Part shown: piece after piece, positions 16,168 through 25,203 of the stretch
Layout: the number at the start of each line of letters is the position of its first letter
Numbering within the stretch: position 1 is the stretch's first letter
From: an uncultured Candidatus Saccharibacteria bacterium
Lineage (GTDB): Bacteria; Patescibacteriota; Minisyncoccia; UBA6257; GWB1-50-10
Direction: 5' to 3'
DNA length: 30,558 nucleotides
Assembly: GCA_964528655.1 (NCBI GenBank)
Contig: CAZGST010000001.1
Span: forward strand, 12,061 to 42,618
Program-made: the position numbers and the translations under genes
Notes under the pieces: model-generated
What the model was told of the DNA's origin: nothing
Database searches by the model: none
Seen by the model: the letters and a program-made list of their open reading frames with translations, nothing else

Positions 16168-17897
16168 TAGAAATCCGTACCTGCCAAAACTGTAAACAAA
16201 GCTTCGAGGTTGTTTCCGAAGACTTTGAGTTCTACTCAAAAATAAACGTACCTGCACCAACATGGTGTCCAGAATGCAGAATGCGTCGCAGAATGATGTT
16301 CCGAAACGAACGCACACTTTACAAAGGAACGTGTAAACTCTGCAGGAAAGACATGATCTCCATGTATCCGAAAGACACGGAGTACACGGTCTACTGCTAC
16401 GAGTGCTGGAATTCCGACAAGTGGGATCCTCTTTCATTCGGGGAAAACCCAGACTTCACAAAACCGTTTTTTCAGCAGTTCGGTGAGTTTTTGAAAGTAG
16501 TTCCGCGTGGAAGCGTGGAAGGTAGCGAAAATCTGAACTGCCCTTACACAAACTACACCTGGCACTCGAAAAATGTGTACATGTCTTCCTCAATTCTGTA
16601 TTCAGATAACGCCGGCTACATAAAGGGAGGTGAGAAGTGTATTGATTCTTTCGACTGCTTCCAAGTAACGGATATAAACACCTGCTACGAGTGCGTAAAC
16701 TGCGAACGTTGTAACAACTGTAAATTTCTCGTAAACTCTCACGACTGCCTAGATTCTGCATTCCTTTTTGATTGTGCAAACTGTTCTCACTGCATTATGA
16801 GTACAAACCTAAGAAACGAGGCTTATGTGATTGAAAACAAAAAATACTCTGAAAACGAATTTAGAGAAAAGCTAAAGGAACTAAAATTAGACACATTCGA
16901 AGGGCAAGAGTTTGCTAGAAAGCAATTTGCGGACATAGTAAAAAATGCAATCCATAAATACGCACGCATCACAAAAGCAGTAAACGCGACAGGGGACAAT
17001 CTTCTGAATGTGAAAGACGTGAAATACTGTTTTGACCTGCATAATATCGAAAACTGCAGGTATGTCGTTCGCGGATGGAATGTAAAAGATTCAATGGACC
17101 TTTACGGAACAGATGATACCCAGTGGGATTACGAAAGTGTAAATAACGGTCTTTTTTCTTCTCACTTGATATTTACAACAAACTGCCACACGAACTGTCT
17201 CGACATTCAATATTCGGATTACTGTAGATCATCTTCCTATCTCTTCGCCTGTATCTCGGTAAAAAATAAAAAGCACTGCATCTTGAACAAGCAGTATAGT
17301 GAGGAAGAGTACGCTCCTCTGAAAAATAAAATAATTGAACACATGAGAATCCTGCCATACACAGATAAAAATAGTAGGACATATACATATGGTGAATTCT
17401 TCCCTCCCGAAATTTCTCCGTTTGCCTACAACGAGGTAGTAGCGCAAGAATACTTTCCTGTGACAGAAGAGACCGCAGTAAAAGAGGGCTTCGGCTGGAA
17501 GCAACCTGAGGAAAAGCAATTTCAAATCACGATGGAAAGAGATATGATCCCGCAAAGCATAACAGGCATAGCCGACTCCATCCTAAAAGAAGTAATTGCC
17601 TGTGCTCATAAACGCGTCTGTAATGATCAGTGTTCCTTAGCCTTCAGACTAACACCTGCGGAATTGGAGTTTTATAAACGGACAAATACTCCTCTCCCGC
17701 ACCTTTGCCCAAACTGTCGCCACTACGAGCGCCTCAAATTCAGAAATCCGCTGAAGCTCTGGCACAGATCGTGCATGTGTGAGAAGATGAGCCATGGGCA
17801 CGCAAGCAGATGCCCAAATGAATTTGAAACCAGTTACGCCTCTGAAAAACCGGAAAAAGTATACTGCGAATCCTGTTATCAACAAGAAGTAGTATAA
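16164..17897 (+). CDS. Cys-rich multi-metal-finger protein, paralog P5
   Basis: ATGA overlap with the PIN stop. Full motif set; ends YCESCYQQEVV. Confidence 0.9.
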   Translation: MIEIRTCQNCKQSFEVVSEDFEFYSKINVPAPTWCPECRMRRRMMFRNERTLYKGTCKLCRKDMISMYPKDTEYTVYCYECWNSDKWDPLSFGENPDFTKPFFQQFGEFLKVVPRGSVEGSENLNCPYTNYTWHSKNVYMSSSILYSDNAGYIKGGEKCIDSFDCFQVTDINTCYECVNCERCNNCKFLVNSHDCLDSAFLFDCANCSHCIMSTNLRNEAYVIENKKYSENEFREKLKELKLDTFEGQEFARKQFADIVKNAIHKYARITKAVNATGDNLLNVKDVKYCFDLHNIENCRYVVRGWNVKDSMDLYGTDDTQWDYESVNNGLFSSHLIFTTNCHTNCLDIQYSDYCRSSSYLFACISVKNKKHCILNKQYSEEEYAPLKNKIIEHMRILPYTDKNSRTYTYGEFFPPEISPFAYNEVVAQEYFPVTEETAVKEGFGWKQPEEKQFQITMERDMIPQSITGIADSILKEVIACAHKRVCNDQCSLAFRLTPAELEFYKRTNTPLPHLCPNCRHYERLKFRNPLKLWHRSCMCEKMSHGHASRCPNEFETSYASEKPEKVYCESCYQQEVV

Positions 17898-17900
17898 AAA

Positions 17901-19571
17901 ATGAACTCCGAAACAAAACAGTGCCAAAACTGCAAAAAGAATTTTACGATCGAGCTCGAAGATGTTGTGTTTTATGAGAAGATGGGAGTTCCTTCTCCAG
18001 TGTTATGCCCCGACTGCCGGATGAAGAGAAAGTTCACTTGGCGCAACGAACGCACACTCTACAAAAGCAAGTGTGGTCTTTGTAGTCGTTCTATTGTAAC
18101 AATGTACAATCCAAAATCTCCCTACGTGGTGTATTGCAACGACTGTTGGATTTCTGACAAGTGGGACCCCTCCTCTTACGCAAAAGAATACGATACGCAA
18201 AAATCTTTTTTTGAACAACTAGGAGAGCTCACAAAGAAAGTACCAAAGAGCGCAAGCTATAGTAGTGCAGCAAGTGGTCCTAACATAAACAGCGAATACT
18301 CAAATTTTGCCGGCGGAAACAAGAACTGCTATCTTGTCTTCAATTCAGGACCACGCAATGAAGACTGTGCCTACGCGAGGGGGCTTATGAAGAGCCGCGA
18401 CGCCTACGATGTGTATTACGGAGACGAAGTTGAGCGTGTGTATGAATGTGTGAATGTTCACAAAAGCGCAGGAGTAGTGTGGGCAGATCATTCAACCGAG
18501 TGCCTTGATTCCTGGTTTCTTCGTAATTGTGTGAGTTGTCAAAATTGTTTTGGTTGTGTAAATCTTCGCCATAAATCATACCACTTTTTTAATGAAGAAT
18601 TACCAAAAGACGAGTGGAAATCAAAAGTCTTGGATATAATTGGTAGTTATAGAAATGTAGCGGCGTCACAAAAGCGCTTTAAAGAACACTGCCTCAAGTT
18701 TGGAAACAAAGAAAACAATAACTTTAAGTCAAATAACTGTATAGGTGATTACATATTTGAATCCCAAAACTGCTTCTCCTGTTTTGAAACATCTCTATGT
18801 GAAGACTCGAAATATCTATTTGCCGTAAAAGTAGCAAAAGACTGTTATGATCTGGTTGGTCATGGTCGTCAATCAGAACTGTTATTAGAGGGTGTGGGCA
18901 CTGGACTATCCCAGCGTGTCACAGGTACCTGGTGGGTAGAAAATTCTCATGATGTAGAATACTCAATCGCTACTCGATCGAGTGAATACTGCATTGGTTG
19001 CGATGGTGTAAAAAACGCAAAATATAGAATACTAAACAAAGAATACACCGAGGATGAGTATAAAAAGTTAAGAAGCCACATTATTGAAGAATTAAAATCA
19101 AAAAGCCTATACGGGCTCTTCTTACCTCCTGAAATTTCATTCTTTGCCTATAACGAGACAATAGGACAGGATAATCTCCCCATGACAAAAGAGGAATCTA
19201 GCGTACAAGGGTTTCGTTGGGAGTACGACATTCCTCGAACAAAAGGTCAGGAAACTCTTGCGCCAGAAAGCATCTCCGACCACATAAAAGATACTCCTGA
19301 TACGATCCTGAACGAAATTTTACGATGCGTAAAATGCGGCTTCAATTATCGGATCATTCGAGGAGAGTTGGAGTTGTACCGTAAACTCGTCATTCCAATC
19401 CCAAGAAAGTGTATAAACTGCCGTTACGAAGACCGCCTCGTTCGACGTGGTCCATTTACTCTCTACTCTCGTACCTGCAAAAAGTGTAACAAACCAATCC
19501 AAACTACATATTCCCCTGAACGTCCCGAAATAGTATATTGTGAGCAGTGTTATCAATCAGAAGTCATTTAG
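17901..19571 (+). CDS. Cys-rich multi-metal-finger protein, paralog P6
   Basis: Full motif set, short C-terminal variant (RTCKKC); ends YCEQCYQSEVI. Confidence 0.9.
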   Translation: MNSETKQCQNCKKNFTIELEDVVFYEKMGVPSPVLCPDCRMKRKFTWRNERTLYKSKCGLCSRSIVTMYNPKSPYVVYCNDCWISDKWDPSSYAKEYDTQKSFFEQLGELTKKVPKSASYSSAASGPNINSEYSNFAGGNKNCYLVFNSGPRNEDCAYARGLMKSRDAYDVYYGDEVERVYECVNVHKSAGVVWADHSTECLDSWFLRNCVSCQNCFGCVNLRHKSYHFFNEELPKDEWKSKVLDIIGSYRNVAASQKRFKEHCLKFGNKENNNFKSNNCIGDYIFESQNCFSCFETSLCEDSKYLFAVKVAKDCYDLVGHGRQSELLLEGVGTGLSQRVTGTWWVENSHDVEYSIATRSSEYCIGCDGVKNAKYRILNKEYTEDEYKKLRSHIIEELKSKSLYGLFLPPEISFFAYNETIGQDNLPMTKEESSVQGFRWEYDIPRTKGQETLAPESISDHIKDTPDTILNEILRCVKCGFNYRIIRGELELYRKLVIPIPRKCINCRYEDRLVRRGPFTLYSRTCKKCNKPIQTTYSPERPEIVYCEQCYQSEVI

Positions 19572-19602
19572 AATCAACTTCGTGCAAAAACATCCAGAGC
19601 CC

Positions 19603-21294
19603 ATGAATAAAACCTGTATCCAATGCAAACAGAACTTCATAATCCTCCCCGAGGACTCTGCCTACTACGAAAAAATCAGCGTATCCGAACCAAAAATGTG
19701 TCCTTTCTGTCGAGCGCAAAGGCGCCTCGCTTTCCGCAATGAGCGATGCTTCTACAAACGCCCATGCGACAGATGCGGAAAAGACGGTGTTTCAATGTAC
19801 AGCCCGAACAAGACCTACACGGTTTGGTGTTATGACTGCTGGTTCAAAGACGACTGGGATCCGACTACGTACGGTAGAAACTACAATCCCAACCGACCCT
19901 TTATGGATCAATGGAAAGAACTCTGGAATGTGGTCCCCAAAATAGCCCTCATCCACATAAGAAGTGTAAACTCTGACTACCTGAACATCTCTGCCGACAA
20001 CAAGGATTGCTACATGATTATTGAGTCCTCAAACAACGAAGGATGCACCCACTGCTACTGGATCCAAGTATGTCGTGACTGCGTAGATGTTTCATTCTCC
20101 CACCAAACAGAACTTTCATACGAGAGTGATGACTGCTACAATTGCTTCAAAATATTTTACAGTAAAGGGTGCCACGACTGTAGGGAAAGCTATTTTCTTC
20201 TGAACTGTAAAGACTGCAGAAACTGTATTGGCTGCACGAATCTTCGAAATAAACAGCACTGTGTATTCAACAGACAATGTACGAAAGAAGAGTACGAAAA
20301 AGAGAGGGAAAGCATGAAACTACACTCATGGAACGGGGTAGAAGAAACAAGGGAAAGATCTGAAGACTTTTGGAAATCACAACCAAAAAAATACGCGGAA
20401 ATCATAAACGCCCCCGGGTCAACTGGAAACTACATGAAGGATACGAAAAATTGCGTAGCTTGCTTCCATTGCTACGAGGCAGAAGATTGTAAGTACGGTG
20501 TCCATGTCTGGCGAAACGCGAAAGATTGCATGGATGTTGATACTGCGGGAAGAAACGCGGAACGAATATATAACTCCCTGAACGCTGGACTGGATGTTTC
20601 AAACTACATATGTTCAAGTCTTTGTTGGAGTAGTAGTTTCCTAGAATACTGTTACTACTGCTTCAACTCAAATCACAATTTTGGCTGTGTTGGTCTACGT
20701 AAAAAAGAATACTGCATTTTGAATCGTGAGTATGACAAAGCAGCATACGAAGGCCTCCGATCAAAAATTATAAGTGAAATGAAGAAAACAGGGGAGTATG
20801 GCGAGTTTTTTTCACCAGAAGCAAGCGCTTTTGGTTACAATGAAACCGCAGCCGCAGAGCAGTTCCCGCTAACAAAAAAAGAGGCAGGAAGAAAAGGTTT
20901 CAAGTGGGAGGACTTTCCTCGCGGAACATACGGAAAAGAAACAACCGAGTGGAATAATAAGCTAGACTCCATTCGTGACGCGGGTAGCATTGATCCTAGT
21001 AAAATAATTTTTTCGTGCGTATCCTGCAAAAAAAATTATCGCGTGATCCAGAGAGAACTGGATTTCTATAAAAACCTAGAAATTCCACTTCCGCGTCTCT
21101 GTCCAGACTGTCGTCATCTCCGCCGATTCAAGGCAAGGGGCCCAAATCGACTACATACAGGGATCTGCAGTTGTGAAAAAGAAAATCACTCCCACGGCAA
21201 CAGCAGATGCCCTAACAGCTTTGAAACAAGCTACGCTCCTGGTAGTAAAGAAACTATCTACTGCGAGGAGTGCTATCAGAAAGAAATAATATAG
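19603..21294 (+). CDS. Cys-rich multi-metal-finger protein, paralog P7
   Basis: MNKTCIQC...RNERCFY...; ends YCEECYQKEII. Start reassigned to ATG 19603. Confidence 0.9.
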   Translation: MNKTCIQCKQNFIILPEDSAYYEKISVSEPKMCPFCRAQRRLAFRNERCFYKRPCDRCGKDGVSMYSPNKTYTVWCYDCWFKDDWDPTTYGRNYNPNRPFMDQWKELWNVVPKIALIHIRSVNSDYLNISADNKDCYMIIESSNNEGCTHCYWIQVCRDCVDVSFSHQTELSYESDDCYNCFKIFYSKGCHDCRESYFLLNCKDCRNCIGCTNLRNKQHCVFNRQCTKEEYEKERESMKLHSWNGVEETRERSEDFWKSQPKKYAEIINAPGSTGNYMKDTKNCVACFHCYEAEDCKYGVHVWRNAKDCMDVDTAGRNAERIYNSLNAGLDVSNYICSSLCWSSSFLEYCYYCFNSNHNFGCVGLRKKEYCILNREYDKAAYEGLRSKIISEMKKTGEYGEFFSPEASAFGYNETAAAEQFPLTKKEAGRKGFKWEDFPRGTYGKETTEWNNKLDSIRDAGSIDPSKIIFSCVSCKKNYRVIQRELDFYKNLEIPLPRLCPDCRHLRRFKARGPNRLHTGICSCEKENHSHGNSRCPNSFETSYAPGSKETIYCEECYQKEII

Positions 21295-21296
21295 CC

Positions 21297-22976
21297 ATGG
21301 ATGAAGAGAAAAAAACATGTGAGGCCTGCGAAAAAGTCTTTACAATCGGAAAAAAAGACAGAGAACTCTACGCGCAATTGAAAGTAGCTCCTCCTCTGTA
21401 CTGTCCGAGGTGCGGTGTTCAGAAAATGATGGCGCTCAGAAACGAAAGAATCCTTTACAAAAGAGCTTGCGACAAATGCAAGAAAGACACCCTCTCCATC
21501 TACCATTCGAGCGCGCCCTACACTGTCTACTGTCACGAGTGCTGGTGGGGAGACTCATGGGATGGAGGTGAGTATAAAATGGAATACGACAAAAATCGTA
21601 ACCTCCTAGATCAGGTAAACGAATTACAGCACAAAGTCCCACGAGAAGCACTCATTATCTTGAACTCTACAAACTGCGACTATGGAAACAACATCAGAGA
21701 TTCAAAAGACTGCTACTTCAGTTTCCTGATCGCAAATAGTGAAAACATTCTCTACTCCACCTGGTTCGTGGGAAGCAAGGACTGCTTTGACTGTCAGAAG
21801 GTAGTGGACTCAGAACTAGTCGCGCATTCTGTTGATGTTGTAAAGTGCTACAAAAGTGCTTATCTCCAAGACTGCTCTGATAGTTCAGAGTGTTATTTCA
21901 GTTATGACCTAAGAGGATGTAGTAATTGTCTCTTCTCCTCAAACCTCAGGAACGCGACGTACAGGATAGAAAATATAGAGTATACGAAAGATGAGTATAG
22001 CAAAAAACTGAAAGAGATAATGGATGGAAAATACACAACACTGCAGGAGTCAATAAAAAAGTACAACGACCTGAAAAAAAGCGCTATCCGAAAGTATGTG
22101 AACCAGATAAACTCATCCGGAGTAACAGGTAACTACCTTCAAGGATGCGCGAAAAGTGAGTTTTGTTTTGAAGCAATATCTGTAGAAGACACAAAAGCAG
22201 TTGCAAGTATTCTGAACTCCAAAAACACCGAGTACGGTTACGCGATCGGAGTACAGCCCACAGAATTTATTTTTGGTTCCTCTGTGATAAAAGGAGGCTC
22301 AAATATAAGGTACTCATACAATCTTTTCAACTGCTCTCATTGTATCTACTGCGACAGCCTGATCTCGTGCAAAGACTGCATCGGCTGCGTAGGCATAAAG
22401 AAAAAAGAGTATTGTATTCTGAACACGGAATACACAAAAGAAAATTACGAGAGAATCTACAAGGAACTGCAGGAAAATGGAGAGCTAAAGAACTTCCCGT
22501 CTCCAGCCTTCTCCACATTCGCCTATAACGAAACCGCAGCAGAGGACTACTACCCCGCATCAAAAGAAAAAGCTATTAGCATAGGGTACAGATGGCAAGA
22601 TGAAACAACCTCCACAAAAGGACAGGAGACACTGACGCCAGAAAATATAAAAGATTCTATTATGGATGTAGACGAATCCATAATAAGAGAAGTTTTGAAA
22701 TGCACGGATTGCGGAAGAAATTACCGCATTGTAAAGAGAGAGTTGGAGTTCTGCAAAAATTTCCTGCTCCCCATATCTCGCACCTGCCCCCAATGCCGGT
22801 TTAAGGGAAGAAGAACACAAAGACTGCCTTTTGATCTTTGGAATGGGAATTGCAAGTGCAACAAATCAGATCATGGACATGAAGGATTATGCAAAAATAG
22901 CTTTGAAACAAGCTACGCCCCCGACCGTCCCGAGACCATTTACTGCGAAGAATGCTATCAGAAAGAAGTAATATAG
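21297..22976 (+). CDS. Cys-rich multi-metal-finger protein, paralog P8
   Basis: MDEEKKTCEAC...RNERILY...; ends YCEECYQKEVI. Start reassigned to ATG 21297, 2 nt after the P7 stop. Confidence 0.9.
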   Translation: MDEEKKTCEACEKVFTIGKKDRELYAQLKVAPPLYCPRCGVQKMMALRNERILYKRACDKCKKDTLSIYHSSAPYTVYCHECWWGDSWDGGEYKMEYDKNRNLLDQVNELQHKVPREALIILNSTNCDYGNNIRDSKDCYFSFLIANSENILYSTWFVGSKDCFDCQKVVDSELVAHSVDVVKCYKSAYLQDCSDSSECYFSYDLRGCSNCLFSSNLRNATYRIENIEYTKDEYSKKLKEIMDGKYTTLQESIKKYNDLKKSAIRKYVNQINSSGVTGNYLQGCAKSEFCFEAISVEDTKAVASILNSKNTEYGYAIGVQPTEFIFGSSVIKGGSNIRYSYNLFNCSHCIYCDSLISCKDCIGCVGIKKKEYCILNTEYTKENYERIYKELQENGELKNFPSPAFSTFAYNETAAEDYYPASKEKAISIGYRWQDETTSTKGQETLTPENIKDSIMDVDESIIREVLKCTDCGRNYRIVKRELEFCKNFLLPISRTCPQCRFKGRRTQRLPFDLWNGNCKCNKSDHGHEGLCKNSFETSYAPDRPETIYCEECYQKEVI

Positions 22977-22985
22977 CAGAAGAGT

Positions 22986-23297
22986 CTATCTATTTGTCTT
23001 CTTCTCAAGTGCCGCCACTCTTTTTTCAAGCATTGCAAAGTCGTCCAGAGAAACTTTTTTCTTCAGATCGTACTTTATTATTTCAATATCATCCTTCATC
23101 ACAACAAGAGTCTCGTCTATTTGACCAACCTTAGTCTCCAATCTATCAAGTCTTTGGTCCGCCACAGTGGCAACCTCTAACACTGCCTGTAAATCGTGAC
23201 TCATGGATTCCTGTAGAACCCCTATTTTCTGAACCATGACCGTAAGGTCTCTAGTTTTATCACTCCGTGTCTCCTTCACTTTCTTTTTAGAAATCAT
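22986..23297 (-). CDS. Small coiled-coil hypothetical protein
   Basis: 103 aa with heptad periodicity (QRLDRLETKVGQID, LEKRVAALEKK). Fills the P8-P9 gap exactly without overlap. Confidence 0.7.
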   Translation of the reverse strand: MISKKKVKETRSDKTRDLTVMVQKIGVLQESMSHDLQAVLEVATVADQRLDRLETKVGQIDETLVVMKDDIEIIKYDLKKKVSLDDFAMLEKRVAALEKKTNR

Positions 23298-23354
23298 GGC
23301 ATTATGATACTATCGTACGAAAAAAAAGCAAACTGAAAAAACACCTTAACCTTC

Positions 23355-25127
23355 ATGGAATCTCATCAGTGCCAAAATTGCAAGAAGAACCTCATCATCG
23401 AGCCAGAGGATCTTCATTTTTATGAACGAATCAATGTTTCTCCACCCACATTCTGTCCGGAATGTAGAATGATCCGCCGTTTCACCTGGCGCAACGAACG
23501 CTCTCTCTACCACGGAGCATGCAAAGCAACAGGTAAGAAAGTGATCACAATGTTCGGTCCAGACTCTGGCGTAACAGTATACGACAGAGACTACTTCTGG
23601 GGGGATGCGTGGGACCCGAGAGATAACGGCCTAAATTACGACTTTCAAAAAACATTCTTCCATCAGTTTGAAGAGCTTCTGAAAAAAGCTCCGTTGCCAA
23701 ACCTAGCAAATAATAACAACATAAACTCCGAATACGTAAATCACAGCCAGCAGTGCAAAGACTGCTATCTCATATATGCTTCCCACATAAACGAGAACTG
23801 CTCGTATTCCACCGGTCTTGCGGAATGCAAAGACTCTCTAGACCTCTACAAGTGTGGACATGTTGTAGAAGGGTATGACGACTCGATGTGTAATACCTGC
23901 AACAAGGTATTCTTTGGAAGCAATACTGAAAATTCGATAGAATCAATGTTCGTGGAATCATGCAAAAATGTTTCAAGTTGTTTGGGTTGTGTGAATTTGA
24001 AAAACACCAAGTACTGCATATGGAACAAACACCTCCCCAAAGAAGAATACGAAAAAGAAATAAAAAACTATGATTTTGGCAGCTACAAAAAAACGCAAGA
24101 ATTCAAAGAAAGATTTGAAAAATTCAAAAAAGTATTCCCAAAAAGATACGCCAATATTCTTCAAGGGGTAAGTGTTACAGGAGACAATATTGTTGGGTCA
24201 AAAAACTGCAAATACTGCTTTGATCTCTATGGTGAAGTCGAAGACTGTAAGTATGTAACGCATGGTTTACAAGCAAAAGACAGCTACGACATGTACGGAT
24301 TCGGTGTGAATATCGAGCTCATGTATGAAGGAGTTGATACCGGCATCAATGCCTCGCGGTGTCTAGGTAATGTCTACTCCCACAGTTGTCGGAACGCCTC
24401 GTATACGTACTGTTGCCACAATTCGAATAATATATTCGGTTGTGTGGGTCTGAAAAAAAATGAATACTGCATTCTGAACAAGCAACACTCCAAAGAAGAG
24501 TACAACGATCTCATTCCTAGAATAATCGAGCACATGAAGGCAATGCCATATAAGGATAAGAATGGAAGAGTGTACGTCTACGGAGACTTCTTCCCTTCAG
24601 AAATCTCACCCTTTGCCTACAATGAATCAATTGCTGAGGAGTACTTTGGAATTACCAAAGAAGAGGCCGAAGCTAACGGATACAGATGGAGTAGGGAAGC
24701 AGAAAAAAGTTACCCAGTTACAATACGATCTGAGGAACTACCAGATCACATAAAAGACGTTCAGGATGAAATAACAAAAGCCATTATTCAGTGTGAACAT
24801 AGCGGGAAATGCAAGGATCAGTGCACAACTGCTTTCCGTATTACGGAAAGTGAGCTTCAATTTTACAGAAAACACAATTTAACGCTCCCACGCCTCTGTC
24901 CCAATTGCCGGCATTATACCCGTCTTGCAAAGCGGACCCCATTCAAGCTTTGGGACAAAAAATGCGACTGTAATACAGAAAAAATTAAAGTAGGGAAGTA
25001 TGAGAACAGAAACACTCACACTCATGGTGAATCACCCTGCCCCGAGGAGTTCAAAACTGCTCACAACCCTGAGAAAAAAGAAGAAATAATTTACTGCGAA
25101 CAGTGCTATCAAGCGGAAGTTTCCTAA
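23355..25127 (+). CDS. Cys-rich multi-metal-finger protein, paralog P9
   Basis: MESHQCQNC...RNERSLY...GDFFP...; ends YCEQCYQAEVS. Confidence 0.9.
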   Translation: MESHQCQNCKKNLIIEPEDLHFYERINVSPPTFCPECRMIRRFTWRNERSLYHGACKATGKKVITMFGPDSGVTVYDRDYFWGDAWDPRDNGLNYDFQKTFFHQFEELLKKAPLPNLANNNNINSEYVNHSQQCKDCYLIYASHINENCSYSTGLAECKDSLDLYKCGHVVEGYDDSMCNTCNKVFFGSNTENSIESMFVESCKNVSSCLGCVNLKNTKYCIWNKHLPKEEYEKEIKNYDFGSYKKTQEFKERFEKFKKVFPKRYANILQGVSVTGDNIVGSKNCKYCFDLYGEVEDCKYVTHGLQAKDSYDMYGFGVNIELMYEGVDTGINASRCLGNVYSHSCRNASYTYCCHNSNNIFGCVGLKKNEYCILNKQHSKEEYNDLIPRIIEHMKAMPYKDKNGRVYVYGDFFPSEISPFAYNESIAEEYFGITKEEAEANGYRWSREAEKSYPVTIRSEELPDHIKDVQDEITKAIIQCEHSGKCKDQCTTAFRITESELQFYRKHNLTLPRLCPNCRHYTRLAKRTPFKLWDKKCDCNTEKIKVGKYENRNTHTHGESPCPEEFKTAHNPEKKEEIIYCEQCYQAEVS

Positions 25128-25155
25128 TATCGAAAAGGACGTCTATTAAAAAAAG

Positions 25156-25185
25156 GAGGCCTTATGGCATAAAACAAGGCCCCCA
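25156..25185. terminator. Possible hairpin between convergent genes
   Basis: GG-A-GGCCTT...AAGGCC-C-CC stem with a 12-nt loop, between the stops of P9 and the radical SAM gene. The A-run on its left would read as a U-tract on the minus strand. Confidence 0.35.
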
Positions 25186-25203
25186 GAAAACTATTAAGGT
25201 ACA

